Assembly (NCBI GenBank): GCA_950097015.1
Contig: CATNEN010000039.1
Span: 3,658,001-3,722,000, forward strand
DNA length: 64,000 bases
Source of the DNA: Macrostomum hystrix
Lineage: Eukaryota > Animalia > Platyhelminthes
Reading direction: 5' to 3'
The notes under the pieces were generated by a model. It was not told the DNA's origin, ran no database searches, and saw only the letters and a program-made list of their open reading frames with translations. Below, in pieces: positions 48,241 to 60,587 of this stretch. A program made the position numbers and the translations under genes. Position 1 is the stretch's first letter; each line of letters begins with the position of its first letter.

Positions 48241-49730
48241 GAGATTTTGAAGTCGCTCGAGATGATCAAGACAGTGAGATTTTGAAATCTCTCATGCAGA
48301 TCAAGAGAGTGAGATTTTGAAATCTCTCATGCAGGTCAAGAGAGTGAGATTTTGAAATCTCTCATGCAGATCAAGAGAGTGAGATTTTGAAATCGCTCAT
48401 GCAGATCAAGAGAGTGAGATTTTGAAATCTCTCATGCAGGTCAAGAGAGTGAGATTTTGAAATCGCTCATGCAGATCAAGAGAGTGAGATTTTGAAATCT
48501 CTCATGCAGGTCAAGAGAGTGAGATTTGGAAATCGCTCATGCAGATCAAGAGAGTGAGATTTTGAAATCTCTCATGCAGGTCAAGAGAGTGAGATTTTGA
48601 AATCGCTCATGCAGATCAAGAGAGTGAGATTTTGAAATCTCTCATGCAGGTCAAGAGAGTGAGATTTTGAAATCGCTCATGCAGGTCAAGAGAGTGAGAT
48701 TTTGAAATTGCTCATGCAGATCAAGAGAGTGAGATTTTGAAATCTCTCATGCAGATCAAGAGAGTGAGATTTTGAAATCTCTCATGCAGGTCAAGAGAGT
48801 GAGATTTTGAAATCGCTCATGCAGATCAAGAGAGTGAGATTTTGAAATCGCTCATGCAGATCAAGAGAGTGAGATTTTGAAATCGCTCATGCAGGTCAAG
48901 AGAGTGAGATTTTGAAATCTCTCATGCAGGTCAAGAGAGTGAGATTTTGAAATCTCTCATGCAGGTCAAGAGAGTGAGATTTTGAAATCGCTCATGCAGA
49001 TCAAGAGAGTGAGATTTTGAAATCGCTCATGCAGGTCAAGAGGGTGAGATTTTGAAATCTCTCATGCAGATCAAGAGAGTGAGATTTTGAAATCTCTCAT
49101 GCAGGTCAAGAGAGTGAGATTTTGAAATCTCTCATGCAGATCAAGAGAGTGAGATTTTGAAATCGCTCATGCAGGTCAAGAGGGTGAGATTTTGAAATCT
49201 CTCATGCAGATCAAGAGAGTGAGATTTTGAAATCTCTCATGCAGGTCAAGAGAGTGAGATTTTGAAATCTCTCATGCAGATCAAGAGAGTGAGATTTTGA
49301 AATCTCTCATGCAGATCAAGAGAGTGAGATTTTGAAATCTCTCATGCAGATCTAGAGAGTGAGATTTTGAAATCGCTCATGCAGGTCAAGAGGGTGAGAT
49401 TTTGAAATCTCTCATGCAGATCAAGAGAGTGAGATTTTGAAATCTCTCATGCAGGTCAAGAGAGTGAGATTTTGAAATCTCTCATGCAGATCAAGAGAGT
49501 GAGATTTTGAAATCTCTCATGCAGATCAAGAGAGTGAGATTTTGAAATCTCTCATGCAGATCAAGAGAGTGAGATTTTGAAATCTCTCATGCAGATCAAG
49601 AGAGTGAGATTTTGAAATCTCTCATGCAGGTCAAGAGAGTGAGATTTTGAAATCTCTCATGCAGGTCAAGAGAGTGAGATTTTGAAATCGCTCATGCAGG
49701 TCAAAAGAGTGAGATTTTGAAATCGCTCAT
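48241..49730. repeat. Minisatellite, 35-bp unit GAGATTTTGAAATCTCTCATGCAGATCAAGAGAGT
   Basis: Direct inspection; the unit contains the inverted repeat GAGATTT/AAATCTC. Confidence 0.95.
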
Positions 49731-50591
49731 TGAGACAAAGTTTGCACATTTCGGTGTGGATTTTTTTGTTTTTTTCGGCAGCTCAATTGTGGTCGAAAAT
49801 GTAAATTGATCTTCAATTTTGGTGCCGTCTATCTGAACCCCATTGAGCCTGAGCCATTAGCTGCCAAACAACTTAATAGTACAATCCATTCCACAGGTCC
49901 CACTGGGGAGAACTAAAGCATGGATAAGCAGTAGCCGCATACATTAATCATGCCTCAGCTGAAGAAACTTCAGGCAGTCCATGATTATTGGTATCTGGGC
50001 CTCTGCTAATCACATTATAGCACTAGCAGCAGCAGCCACAGCTCACCCTGAGGCTAAGAGACCGGCGACCCACCCGACCGGCACCGAAGTTTTCAATTAT
50101 CGGCAAAAAGTTTCAATCTGGTCACCGAAACGAGATCAGTAGATGAATGAGAGCCTCTAATACTGTACTGTGCACTTCCGGCATCCCTTGGGACTCGGGA
50201 GAAGCCATGCCCGCTCAACTACTGGAGACTGCAGGGTGGGAGCTAAAGATAGGCTGCAAGATGGAGAGGCCACAATCGAAGTGTCCGATGAGGTTGGGTC
50301 AAAACTGCCAAGCCAATCCGCCAATATTGGCCGGGCCATCACTCACTATTGGTTTGAGAGAAAACAGCTCACCCGGTCCCAACAACTCCAGATTCCAGGA
50401 AACCAGCATCTGCTTCTTGCTTTGGATTAATCAGTGAAGGCCGGGCTCACCCAGACTATAATCCAATTAGCTATTGGCACAGATTTTTAAGATTCCGAGA
50501 AGCTTGGAGAAATACTGGGTTTCGATCGGCGTTTGATTTTGTCCTGAGCTCGAGCACTGCTCAAGATTTAGAGGCTTTCTTGGATTATGCC

Positions 50592-51282
50592 TCACTCTGA
50601 TCAATCCGTGTCTCACACTCTGATCAATCCGTGTCTCATACTCTGATCAATCCGTGTCTCATACTCTGATCAATCCGTGTCTCATACTCTGATCAATCCG
50701 TGTCTCATACTCTGATCAATCCGTGTCTCACACTCTGATCAATCCGTGTCTCACACTCTGATCAATCCGTGTCTCACACTCTGATCAATTCGTGTCTCAC
50801 ACTCTGATCAATCCGTGTCTCACACTCTGATCAATTCGTGTCTCACACTCTGATCAATCCGTGTCTCACACTCTGATCAATCCGTGTCTCACACTCTGAC
50901 CAATCCGTGTCTCATACTCTGATCAATCCGTGTCTCACACTCTGATCAATCCGTGTCTCATACTCTGTTCAATCCGTGTCTCACACTCTGATCAATCCGT
51001 GTCTCACACTCTGATCAATCCGTGTCTCACACTCTGATCAATCCGTGTCTCACACTCTGATCAATCCGTGTCTCACACTCTGATGAATCCGTGTCTCACA
51101 CTCTGATCAATCCGTGTCTCATACTCTGATCAATCCGTGTCTCACACTCTGATCAATCCGTGTCTCACACTCTGATCAATCCGTGTCTCACACTCTGATC
51201 AATCAGTGTCTCACACTCTGATCAATCCGTGTCTCACACTCTGATCAATCCAGGTTCCATTCTCTGATCAATCGGTGTCTCA
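50592..51282. repeat. Minisatellite, 23-bp unit CTCTGATCAATCCGTGTCTCACA
   Basis: Direct inspection. Confidence 0.95.
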
Positions 51283-51686
51283 CGGATCACGTGTGACGTG
51301 TGACTCATATCAATCTTATCTCTCCTCTGTGTCTCAGATCAACCCGTCACACCATGGTGACTTATGTGAGTGCTAAAAATAAAAATAAAAACAAGCATTC
51401 TTTTTTTCTATCGTCAGTCAGAAGTTGGTCACGAAATCACATTTGAAAAACACAAAAAGCTGAACTGAGTAACCAATTGCTAATCCGAGCTGCAGTTGAT
51501 GCACTAACACCTCTCAAAGCCTTGCTTTTGCTGGACTCGCAACTCACGCCTTGACTTTTTTGCTTGCTTCTGCGAAACACTTATTTTGTTTGAGAACTTA
51601 TGAAAACAGTGCTCAGCATGCATGCGGTCACTATCTATAGTTGATAATTTGGATGCAGACTGGGTCTCTGCATTCGCTTGAACCAA

Positions 51687-52945
51687 CCTCTGCATCCCCT
51701 CTCACCCCTCTGCTTCCTCTCTCACCCCTCTACTTCCTCCCTCACCCTCTGCTTCCTCTCTCACCCCTCTGCTTCCTCTCTCACCCTCTGCTTCCTCTCT
51801 CACCCTCTGCTTTCTCTCTCACCCCTCTGCTTTCTCTCTCACCCCTCTGCTTCCTCTCTCACCCCTCTGCTCCCTCTCTCACCCCTCTGCTCCCTCTCTC
51901 ACCCCTCTGCTTCCTCTCTCACCCTCTGCTTCCTCTCTCACCCCTCTGCTTCCTCTATCACCCCTCTGCTTCCTCTCTCACCCTCTGCTTCCTCTCTCAC
52001 CCCTCTGCTTCCTCTCTCACCCTCTGCTTCCTCTCTCACCCCTCTGCTTTCTCTCTCACCCCTCTGCTTTCTCTCTCACCCCTCTGCTTCCTCTCTCACC
52101 CCTCTGCTCCCTCTCTCACCCCTCTGCTTCCTCTCTCACCCTCTGCTTCCTCTCTCACCCCTCTGCTTCCTCTCTCACCCTCTGCTTCCTCTCTCACCCT
52201 CTGCTTCCTCTCTCACCCTCTGCTTCCTCTCTCACCCCTCTGCTTCCTCTCTCACCCCTCTGCTTCCTCTCTCACCCTCTGCTTCCTCTCGCACCCCTCT
52301 GCTTTCTCTCTCACCCCTCTGCTTTCTCTCTCACCCCTCTGCTTCCTCTCTCACCCCTCTGCTCCCTCTCTCACCCCTCTGCTTCCTCTCTCACCCTCTG
52401 CTTCCTCTCTCACCCTCTGCTTCCTCTCTCACCCCTCTGCTTCCTCTCTCACCCTCTGCTTCCTCTCTCACCCCTCTGCTTTCTCTCTCACCCCTCTGCT
52501 TCCTCTCTCACCCCTCTGCTTCCTCTCTCACCCCTTTGCTTCCTCTCGCACCCCTCTGCTTTCTCTCTCACCCCTCTGCTTTCTCTCTCACCCCTCTGCT
52601 TCCTCTCTCACCCCTCTGCTCCCTCTCTCACCCCTCTGCTTCCTCTCTCACCCTCTGCTTCCTCTCTCACCCTCTGCTTCCTCTCTCACCCCTCTGCTTC
52701 CTCTCTCACCCTCTGCTTCCTCTCTCACCCCTCTGCTTTCTCTCTCACCCCTCTGCTTCCTCTCTCACCCCTCTGCTTCCTCTCTCACCCCTTTGCTTTC
52801 TCTCTCACCCTCTGCTCCCTCTCTCACCCTCTGCTTCCTCTCTCACCCCTCTGCTTCCTCTCTCACCCCTCTGCTTCCTCTCTCACCCCTCTGCTTCCTC
52901 TCTCACCCCTCTGTTTCCTCTCTCACCCTCTCCTCTCTCTCACCT
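51687..52945. repeat. Minisatellite, 19/20-bp unit CTCTCACCCCTCTGCTTCCT
   Basis: Direct inspection. Confidence 0.95.
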
Positions 52946-54664
52946 TTCTACCCCCACTTCTCTCTTACCTCCCTCTTTGATATCTCTGGCCCTTCAGCAT
53001 TGATTGCAGGGCATCGCTGTAAATTTAGCCAATAACAACAATGCCCAGAAGAACAATTAGGCAACAGTGCCACCCGCATTGGTTATTTCAGAAGTGTCCG
53101 GAAAAGAGCACCACCATGATTGATGTCACTGTCCTGCCGTGATTTCCCTGCATCGAACACAGTTCACATGCAGTCCACATCGGCTGTGCTTCCCAAACTG
53201 AACCAGGATAAAATTGTCACGCAACAAGGACTACTAATAGTAGAAGGACTCTGGATTTGTGTAAAAATATTTTAGGGCTTGCTTTAAGCCGGAGGCTGTA
53301 CTTTTGATTTGTAAAGTCCTTTCCAATTTTATATTAAAAAACGATTCACCTCCACAATAACTTGTGCCCTATAAACGTGTATATCTTATCTATCAATCTA
53401 TTTTGGGATTTTTTTGGAATTTTAAGTGACCATTACATGTAGCTAACAAAATGCCCGTCAATTCAGACTATTTTTGTCTATGGCCCAATCAAGGCAATTA
53501 AATTTTTCCTCACTAAATACTCCCAATAGAGTGTAGTTTCTATGGAAATGGCTAGTGGTAGAGTTTCGAACCCCTGACCTACAGGTCCCATTGTTTTTGT
53601 TCACCCAGTTGTACTTCCCAGTCCATGGACTGGATCTCTGCGCTCAGCCTTTTGAATTGTGAGTCCTTCTATTTCGGTTGATCCTTGGCTGGAAAAAACG
53701 GAAATTGTTGACAAATTTGTTTAAATTCTCAGCCAATCACGTGACTGATGACGATCGATTTCTACTCATATCAGCCTGCATTTGTTTAATTTCATTCCTG
53801 TGCTGTTATAGTTATTTGCTGTTATTTATAGTTAATGCTATAATGCTATAATTGTTTTAAGTAGATAAGAGAATTTTAACTAAAAATATACGAGATAAAA
53901 TACAAGTAGAAACATAATATTTGCTGACTAATTCATAATGATTTGTTTGTTAATCACATCAACCCAATTGTGGGATTACTAAGCGGCACAAGATAAGTTG
54001 CCTATTTTAATTCGTGCTAAAAAAATAATCAACACAGTTAAACAAAATCAAAATATCAAGCTTAATGAAGCAGTATGAGCACGTTAGTTAGTAGGAAGAC
54101 CAGGGGTATTTGAAATGCCCACAATTTTCTTTCTTTCTTTTTCCCCAAAAAATTCAACCAATCGCCATGAAATTTGAGAACTTTAGCAAAACTTTTCCGT
54201 TTTATCCGATGAAATAACTCCCAGAATCACGAAACATCGGCATCGTCGAGATATTGACTTGGATGACAACGATGCAGACTTAGAAGGCTTTGAAAGTTGG
54301 CTCATCGTAAAGGGTGGAAAAATTGATTCCGATGGTTGACTTTCACGACAATCGGTAATTCGGTTTGGTAGCTATTGTGAATTAGGCGGCGGGTATTGGA
54401 AACACCGCCTTGGTCATCCCCAGGGGGGAAAATAGCGTGGCGTTTCTACTGTTAATCAATGTTACAGTTTGCTGTAGTTTTACGCAGGCGGGACCTCGCA
54501 AATATTAATGTGGTTGTCAATCAAATGTTTCGGAAGCGGTGCAAAAACCACACTGCGATAGAGATTTTTTCATAGAAATATAGCCTTAGATGTGAAGTAC
54601 GAGTATATTAAGCAAGTGCTCAAACATCTGCCCAATGTCACTGTCTGTGAATTGCCGCCACTGC

Positions 54665-57193
54665 TCACGAGTAAGTGGTGGTTTGGCTGGACTTGTACAC
54701 TAGAGCCCTCGGCCAGCAACGGCAGCAGTGCTGGAGCCACACTCGCGTTAGCTCCTTCTTGCCCAGAAAGAAAAACAGAAAGATGCAGAAGCCCTGGCTG
54801 CCGTTGCCAATGACGAAGGTGTACTCCGTGACGAGGCGCAGCCAGGGGCTCGTCTCCGCGTTCACCAGGAAGGCGAAGATGCCCAGAATCCAGGTGAGGC
54901 CGAGCAGGAAGGTCAGGCCGAGCACCTGGTGCAGGCGCTTGGCCAGCGTGCTCTTGGCTTTGGCGTTGCTAACGCTGCGACGAAAGAACACAGACGCCAA
55001 GCTGACTACTGTCAGTAGAAAGTTGAAGGCCAGAGAGGCGCCGAATGGTGCTAAAAATGTTGGAATGAGGAGGTCCAGCTCAATCCAGCAGATCGAGTGA
55101 TGCTGAGATGCACCGGTGTTGGCTTCCGTGTAGCTGCGGTAGGGCCAGCGGCCTTGCGACAGCGCGGCCCAGAAGGTCAAGCCGACGGCCAGTCCAGGCA
55201 GCACTGAGCTGGACACAAGCGAAGCCTTCACGTAGTGCCGTTCAACGCGGCACTGGAACACCTTCGGCCACATGATGGGCACGGCGATGGTCAGGAAGAT
55301 GTGGCTGCTGAGCGCGTTGCTGCTGAGGCTCGTGGCTAGCAGGGTGAAGTGCAGCGCCGATGCGATCGCCTGGCACAGCCAGTGCGGCTTGTTCTTCGCC
55401 AGACTGTTGGCGAAGAACAGCAGAAACTGGCAGGTCAGCAGGACGATCAGCAGAAGGGTGATGCGACTGCTGGTCAGGTCGCGGGATGGCTGGCTGTGCG
55501 GACATCGGCGCTGAGCGGCCAGAAAGAGCAGGTAGGAGGCGATCATAAAGGCCAAGCTGGCGATCGACAAGCTGGAGGTCACGTAGGTCAGGCAGGACAT
55601 AATCCGGCGATGCAGATTAGTCAGCGGATCCAATGCCGTCTCGAGGGGCACAAACAGAATTGAAAAGGCGGTCAGGTGATTGCACGCGCAGGTGACACTG
55701 TCGGCAGTTTCCTGGGTGATCCTGCAGCCATCGGTGGACCAGTTCTCGGTCGTGACGTTCCAGAAGACGCACGACGCTCGAGAAGTCGATAAGAGGCCGC
55801 GACAGGCTGGCTTCTTGCGGAACGTCATGTAGATGGGGTCGCGAAGAACCCGCGCAACCAGTTCGGTTTTCAGATCGATTGTGAACGAGCCAATGTGGCT
55901 CTGCTGGGTGGCATTGTCAAGGTGGAGCTTTTGCTCGCTGCTTCGTTTGGCATCCGAATTTTCGTCGTCGGAGAACTCGCGAGTGTACAAGAGATCGTCG
56001 GATAGAGTCACCAAGGACCACCTTCCTGTGCGAGTCATGCGAGCGGGCAGCTGGAGCACGACGTAATCCCCCAGAAGAAGAGTTTCGTCTGGCTTCGCTA
56101 CGACGCTTCCGGGATCCAGAGTGACGGCGTGAATTAGGCTGTCGCTGGCCCGAACCCGAAACACCTGGTAGACACGGCTTTTGATTGAGTCGTCATCGTC
56201 GTCGGAAGTTGTTATGTTTTTCGTGTCAAACACAGAGAAGGCGACGGTGGCATTGGCGAATGATATCTGCTCGGCTGAGGCAGCGACAAACTGGTCCATC
56301 ATGGCGATGAACTCCTCGGCCGCCTCCCGGTACTGGGTGGCCCAGGTCGGGCTGCGCGGATCGCGCATTGCCGCCATCATCTGGATCAGCTCGCTCAGGA
56401 TGTCCCAAGAGCATTGCAAAAGCAGCAGTTTCTTCCGGTTGCAATCGGCCGGGTTTCGCTTCGCCACGGGCAACAGGTAGTTAATGTTCACCAACAGCAG
56501 CGTCAGACAGCTTGACGTATATTTGCCAGAGCCCGACTGCCGCTTCAGCAGCGTTAGAAACAGGCGGATCGTGCTGCAGAACTCGTCCATGGTGGCGTTG
56601 TTGGCATCCTTCGAGCTGCCTTCCATGATTAGCAAGCTGGCTCGAAGGAGTCCCTGACAAATCACGAAGACATTGTCTGTGTCGGGTTTAGTGCGACCCA
56701 TGACGGTATACTCCGAGTACAGATGGCTGCCCTCGCCGGCGTTTGTGCACGTAACGGAGATTCGCTCGTCGAATGATATTGTGGGTGGCTCGACGTCTCG
56801 GCGAAGGCTGACTGCTAGCTGGAAGACGCTGGTCTTAGTCAGGGTCATGTTTCTTCGCAACAAGCGGTAGCTGAGCACGGATGCGTTCGGCTGCAGAGGA
56901 GCCAATTTGCAGACAACATTCGGGCAGAAACGACTGCGAACCACCAACAGGGCCGCCCACAGCCACGACTGACGCCGAGCCTTTGACAGCGCCGCTGGAG
57001 CTGTCGGCATCGCTCCCGGCGCAGTCGTGTACTCGCTCGAAGCATTTCTACCCAACACAGGCACCATGATGGCATTGTCATGAAAGTCGGTAATAATTTG
57101 AAAGTCGAGCGCGTGTCGACCACATTCGATAAATTCAGAATGCTGCGAGCTGAGAATGAGTAGAACGACCAGCAGTCTGCTTGGCGGTTCCAT
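54665..57193 (-). CDS. Adhesion-class G protein-coupled receptor (GAIN/GPS + 7TM), single ORF of about 842 aa
   Basis: Signal peptide MEPPSRLLVVLLILSS. GPS motif CVFWNVTTENWSTDGC...VTCACNHL/TAFSIL, seven hydrophobic segments, CWI, LLGLTWILG and NGSQGFCIFLFF (secretin/adhesion TM7). Confidence 0.92.
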   Translation of the reverse strand: MEPPSRLLVVLLILSSQHSEFIECGRHALDFQIITDFHDNAIMVPVLGRNASSEYTTAPGAMPTAPAALSKARRQSWLWAALLVVRSRFCPNVVCKLAPLQPNASVLSYRLLRRNMTLTKTSVFQLAVSLRRDVEPPTISFDERISVTCTNAGEGSHLYSEYTVMGRTKPDTDNVFVICQGLLRASLLIMEGSSKDANNATMDEFCSTIRLFLTLLKRQSGSGKYTSSCLTLLLVNINYLLPVAKRNPADCNRKKLLLLQCSWDILSELIQMMAAMRDPRSPTWATQYREAAEEFIAMMDQFVAASAEQISFANATVAFSVFDTKNITTSDDDDDSIKSRVYQVFRVRASDSLIHAVTLDPGSVVAKPDETLLLGDYVVLQLPARMTRTGRWSLVTLSDDLLYTREFSDDENSDAKRSSEQKLHLDNATQQSHIGSFTIDLKTELVARVLRDPIYMTFRKKPACRGLLSTSRASCVFWNVTTENWSTDGCRITQETADSVTCACNHLTAFSILFVPLETALDPLTNLHRRIMSCLTYVTSSLSIASLAFMIASYLLFLAAQRRCPHSQPSRDLTSSRITLLLIVLLTCQFLLFFANSLAKNKPHWLCQAIASALHFTLLATSLSSNALSSHIFLTIAVPIMWPKVFQCRVERHYVKASLVSSSVLPGLAVGLTFWAALSQGRWPYRSYTEANTGASQHHSICWIELDLLIPTFLAPFGASLAFNFLLTVVSLASVFFRRSVSNAKAKSTLAKRLHQVLGLTFLLGLTWILGIFAFLVNAETSPWLRLVTEYTFVIGNGSQGFCIFLFFFLGKKELTRVWLQHCCRCWPRALVYKSSQTTTYS

Positions 57194-57306
57194 GCCGAGG
57201 TCTGTGCAATGCGCAATCAATTATGCAGAGCGTTTTGAGATTAAGAATTTAATAATGCTGCATTTGGATTGACAACTCCCCGACTTACTCAGACCAAGGC
57301 TGTACA

Positions 57307-57373
57307 GGGGGCTGTAGACTAGCGGTTAGAGCGTCAAACTCACGACTTAAAGGTCGGGAATTCGATTCCCGAT
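57307..57373 (+). mobile_element. SINE family A tRNA-like head (truncated)
   Basis: GGGGGCTGTAGACTAGCGGTTAGAGCGTC..CTCACGAC..TTCGATTCCCGA aligns with the 21954 and 58508 heads. Confidence 0.6.
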
Positions 57374-57824
57374 AGAAATGACTAACCGATTTAACGCAGT
57401 GTTGTTTCTCAGAAGACAGTGATTTCTCACAGAGTTCTATTGACTGGCGAATATCGGATTGATCGGCATTTATAGCTGGAGCGTTTCGGCGGTCCTTATC
57501 TGTGCTCAGCATCGAGTGCAATGCAAACAGACTGCAGGGCAGCAGTGGGTCTACGTTTTCTAGCACCTTTTTTACAATAATAAAGTCACGATGATGAAGA
57601 CTTGCTTGACTTAACACCATGGACTCCAATAACTAGACACCCATATCTTAGTCTCTTATTGGCTTGTGTTATCTGCTCAATCCGCTAGAAAAATAGTGTT
57701 TTTAATTTAACAGCTACCGCCATGTGTGCTTAGCCTTCGGCTCTGCATTGCAAAATATTTATTGGGCATCGTAAAACTGTCTTTCAACAGTGATTTTGCT
57801 GGGAACTTTTCAAAGATACTCATG

Positions 57825-58122
57825 CTTTGTAACTTCAGCTGTGAGATTGGAGCACTGCTCAGTCCAGAGTAGCATAGTCAGATTTGTTACTTCAGCTGTG
57901 AGATTGGAGCACTGCTCAGTCCAGAGTAGCATAGTCAGCTTTGCTACTTCAGCTGTGAGATTGGAGCACTGCTCAGTCCAGAGTAGCATAGTCAGATTTG
58001 TTACTTCAGCTGTGAGATTGGAGCACTGCTCAGTCCAGAGTAGCATAGTCAGCTTTGCTACTTCAGCTGTGAGATTGGAGCACTGCTCAGTCCAGAGTAG
58101 CATAGTCAGCTTTGCTACTTCA
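57825..58122. repeat. 57-bp tandem repeat with alternating A/B variants, about 5 copies
   Basis: ACTTCAGCTGTGAGATTGGAGCACTGCTCAGTCCAGAGTAGCATAGTCAG(ATTTGTT/CTTTGCT). Confidence 0.9.
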
Positions 58123-58507
58123 CGTCCATGTCTTGATAATTGTTTCAGAAGGTGCGCAACAAAATGCTAGTCTGTGTTTCAGAATTTCTCTCTAATAAGG
58201 AAAATAATAAAAAAAAGCTTTAGAAAATCTACTTTGTTATTCTTTGAAAACTGATGGCACAGTATAACAAAGCATTAGTTTATTCAAATTTTCAGATGTT
58301 TTTTCTGCAGCATAAAAAGAAAAAAAAGAAAGTAATATATGATATTTAAAGTCGAATTTGTCCTCAAAATTGTAGGTTACAAATCAGTGTTATTGTTAGC
58401 AAGTTTAAAAAACGAATTTCTTGTCAAATTATCGACAAATGTTGTCGACAAGCTAATAAAATTTGAATGTTTGGCAAAACTGTACTGAGGTACAGTGCCG
58501 AAACCAA

Positions 58508-58594
58508 GGGGGTTGTAGTCTAGTGGTTAGAACGTCGGTCTCACGACTTGAACGTCGGGGGTTCGATTCCTTACTCCACTGTAACCATTTGTGT
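58508..58594 (+). mobile_element. SINE family A tRNA-like head (3' truncated)
   Basis: Aligns with the 21954 copy through ...GGTTCGATTCC..ACTCCACTGTAACCATTTGTGT. Confidence 0.65.
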
Positions 58595-59124
58595 TATTAT
58601 TTATTTTTATTCCCAAAAATCAAATCATAAATATAAAATACAACTTTACTGTCAGACATAAATAGTTAACTAAGTAAAACAAAACTTTTTTCCGGAATTA
58701 ATTTAACGAAACGTCAAGCAACTGCGGTGGCGGCGTCGGCTCGCTTCAAGAACTCCTTCAGGCGGGCGTCTTTGGAGTCGTCGGAAAGGCTTGAAAAACT
58801 TGTTCGAAGAGTCTGAATTTGAGCAGGGTGACAAGCAAGGATGCGAATTAACCCGGCATTGCAATACCCCACCACAAGACCAGTTTGCAGCTTTGAGCAT
58901 GCTCTCAAAAATGTTTGTTCCTTAGGTGCAGGTATTCGCTATTAATACCATCAGTACTCTAAGTATAACAAAAATTCTTGCAAACTAACCAAATGGAAGC
59001 GTAGAGGAAGGGAGCAGAGTAAACATAGATCATTTGACGTGCAAGCAAACTACTGATAAAAAAGCTAAAAGTTGCGCCGAATCAAACAATTGCCATTTCT
59101 GCAACGATTAGAGACAACTGAAGC

Positions 59125-59675
59125 ATCAGGGGATATATAGTGTCTGATGTCCTGAAGGATCAGGGGATGGTGACTGATATCCTGAAGGATCAGGGGATAT
59201 ATAGTGACTGATGTCGTGAAGGATCAGGGGATATATAGTGACTGATGTCGTGAAGGATCAGGGGATGGTGACTGATGTCCTGAAGGATCAGGATATGGTG
59301 ACTGATGTCGTGAAGGATCAGGGGATGGTGACTGATGTCCTGAAGGATCAGGATATGGTGACTGATGTCCTGAAGGATCAGGGGATGGTGACTGATGTCG
59401 TGAAGGATCAGGGGATGGTGACTGATGTCCTGAAGGATCAGGATATGGTGACTGATGTCCTGAAGGATCAGGGGATGGTGACTGATGTCCTGAAGGATCA
59501 GGGGATGGTGACTGATGTCCTGAAGGATCAGGGGATGGTGACTGATGTCCTGAAGGATCAGGGGATGGTGACTGATGTCCTGAAGGATCAGGGGATGGTG
59601 ACTGATGTCCTGAAGGATCAGGGGATGGTGACTGATGTCCTGAAGGATCAGGGGATGGTGACGTCCTGAAGGATC
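59125..59675. repeat. Minisatellite, 30-bp unit GTGACTGATGTCCTGAAGGATCAGGGGATG
   Basis: Direct inspection. Confidence 0.95.
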
Positions 59676-60587
59676 TATAAAACTGAAGTATTGAATACAT
59701 TCAGGTTTAGCTTCAGTCTAGTGTAACTTCGCACTAGGTGAGGATATCAGGTAAAGCTACTACAAGCAACAGGTACTCACTTTTGCCCTCTTGAGTTTGG
59801 TGCTCAGTACCGCTTATCTCGCCACTGACAATAAAGGTTTACGTAAAAAAATTGTCTATGCAAAACTACGGGATGTCCAAAGTGCCTCAATCAAGCGGCG
59901 AGTTAATAGTGCGTGCGTGTTACCTTTTTGAGCACTGTGGCATTTTACTCGCTACTCAGTTCACGGGATAATAGCGGTGCTGCAGATAAATGGGAAACAG
60001 TTAAACAGTTAACAGTGAAAAAATGTATTTTTCGCATTATTCACAGGCTTTGAATCTGCATTAATGATTGACTGTTTACTTGAGCACTATAGATGTAGCT
60101 TCGGATAAATGTTCTTTCTCACTTCAAACTTACTCGTATGTTTGCACATTTATTTGATGTTCAAAAGAATGGTTATAATAAATAGGGTTACTTTCAAATT
60201 TTAGCACGTGTTCAGAATTTTCATGGCGATTGGTTGAATATTTTTGGAGATACAGGAAATAAAAATGTGGCTATTTAAAATACCCCCCGGTAGTCTTTCT
60301 ATTGTCAAGAGCTGATTTGGATGCGCGCCATGGTACCAGCGCAGGAGCTGAGATTAAGTGTACATATTTGAGGTAAGATGGACGATTTATGTGTACATTC
60401 ATATTCTATTTTTAGCATCCAAGGTCAATTTCTGGTGATCATGTGACGCTCGCGTGATATCTCTTCCGTGATAGCCTCCTAAGCACATATTCGTCGACGA
60501 ATGCGTGAAAAACTCCAAAGACTGAATAAGGAATAAGAATGAGGATGCAGGGTCTTGGAAAAGCAGGTTAGTGACAAAATTCCTCAC

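Noticed and set aside
48241-49730. 35-bp partly palindromic repeat superficially like a CRISPR repeat (also 21265, 50592, 57825)
   Set aside because: Units are directly adjacent with no unique spacers, there are no cas genes, and the context is eukaryotic.
58508-58580. tRNA-Val(CAC)-like genes here, at 57307 and at 21954; tRNA-Gln(CTG)-like at 4409
   Set aside because: Acceptor and anticodon stems pair poorly, and the sequences continue into shared SINE body sequence. They are better explained as SINE heads; tRNAscan-SE would settle it.
58703-58908. Short coding-like minus-strand ORFs (...LKEFLKRADAATAVA*) and a possible final WDR93-like exon near 59781-59825 (WRDKRY*)
   Set aside because: No recognisable homology, and splice connectivity cannot be established from sequence alone.
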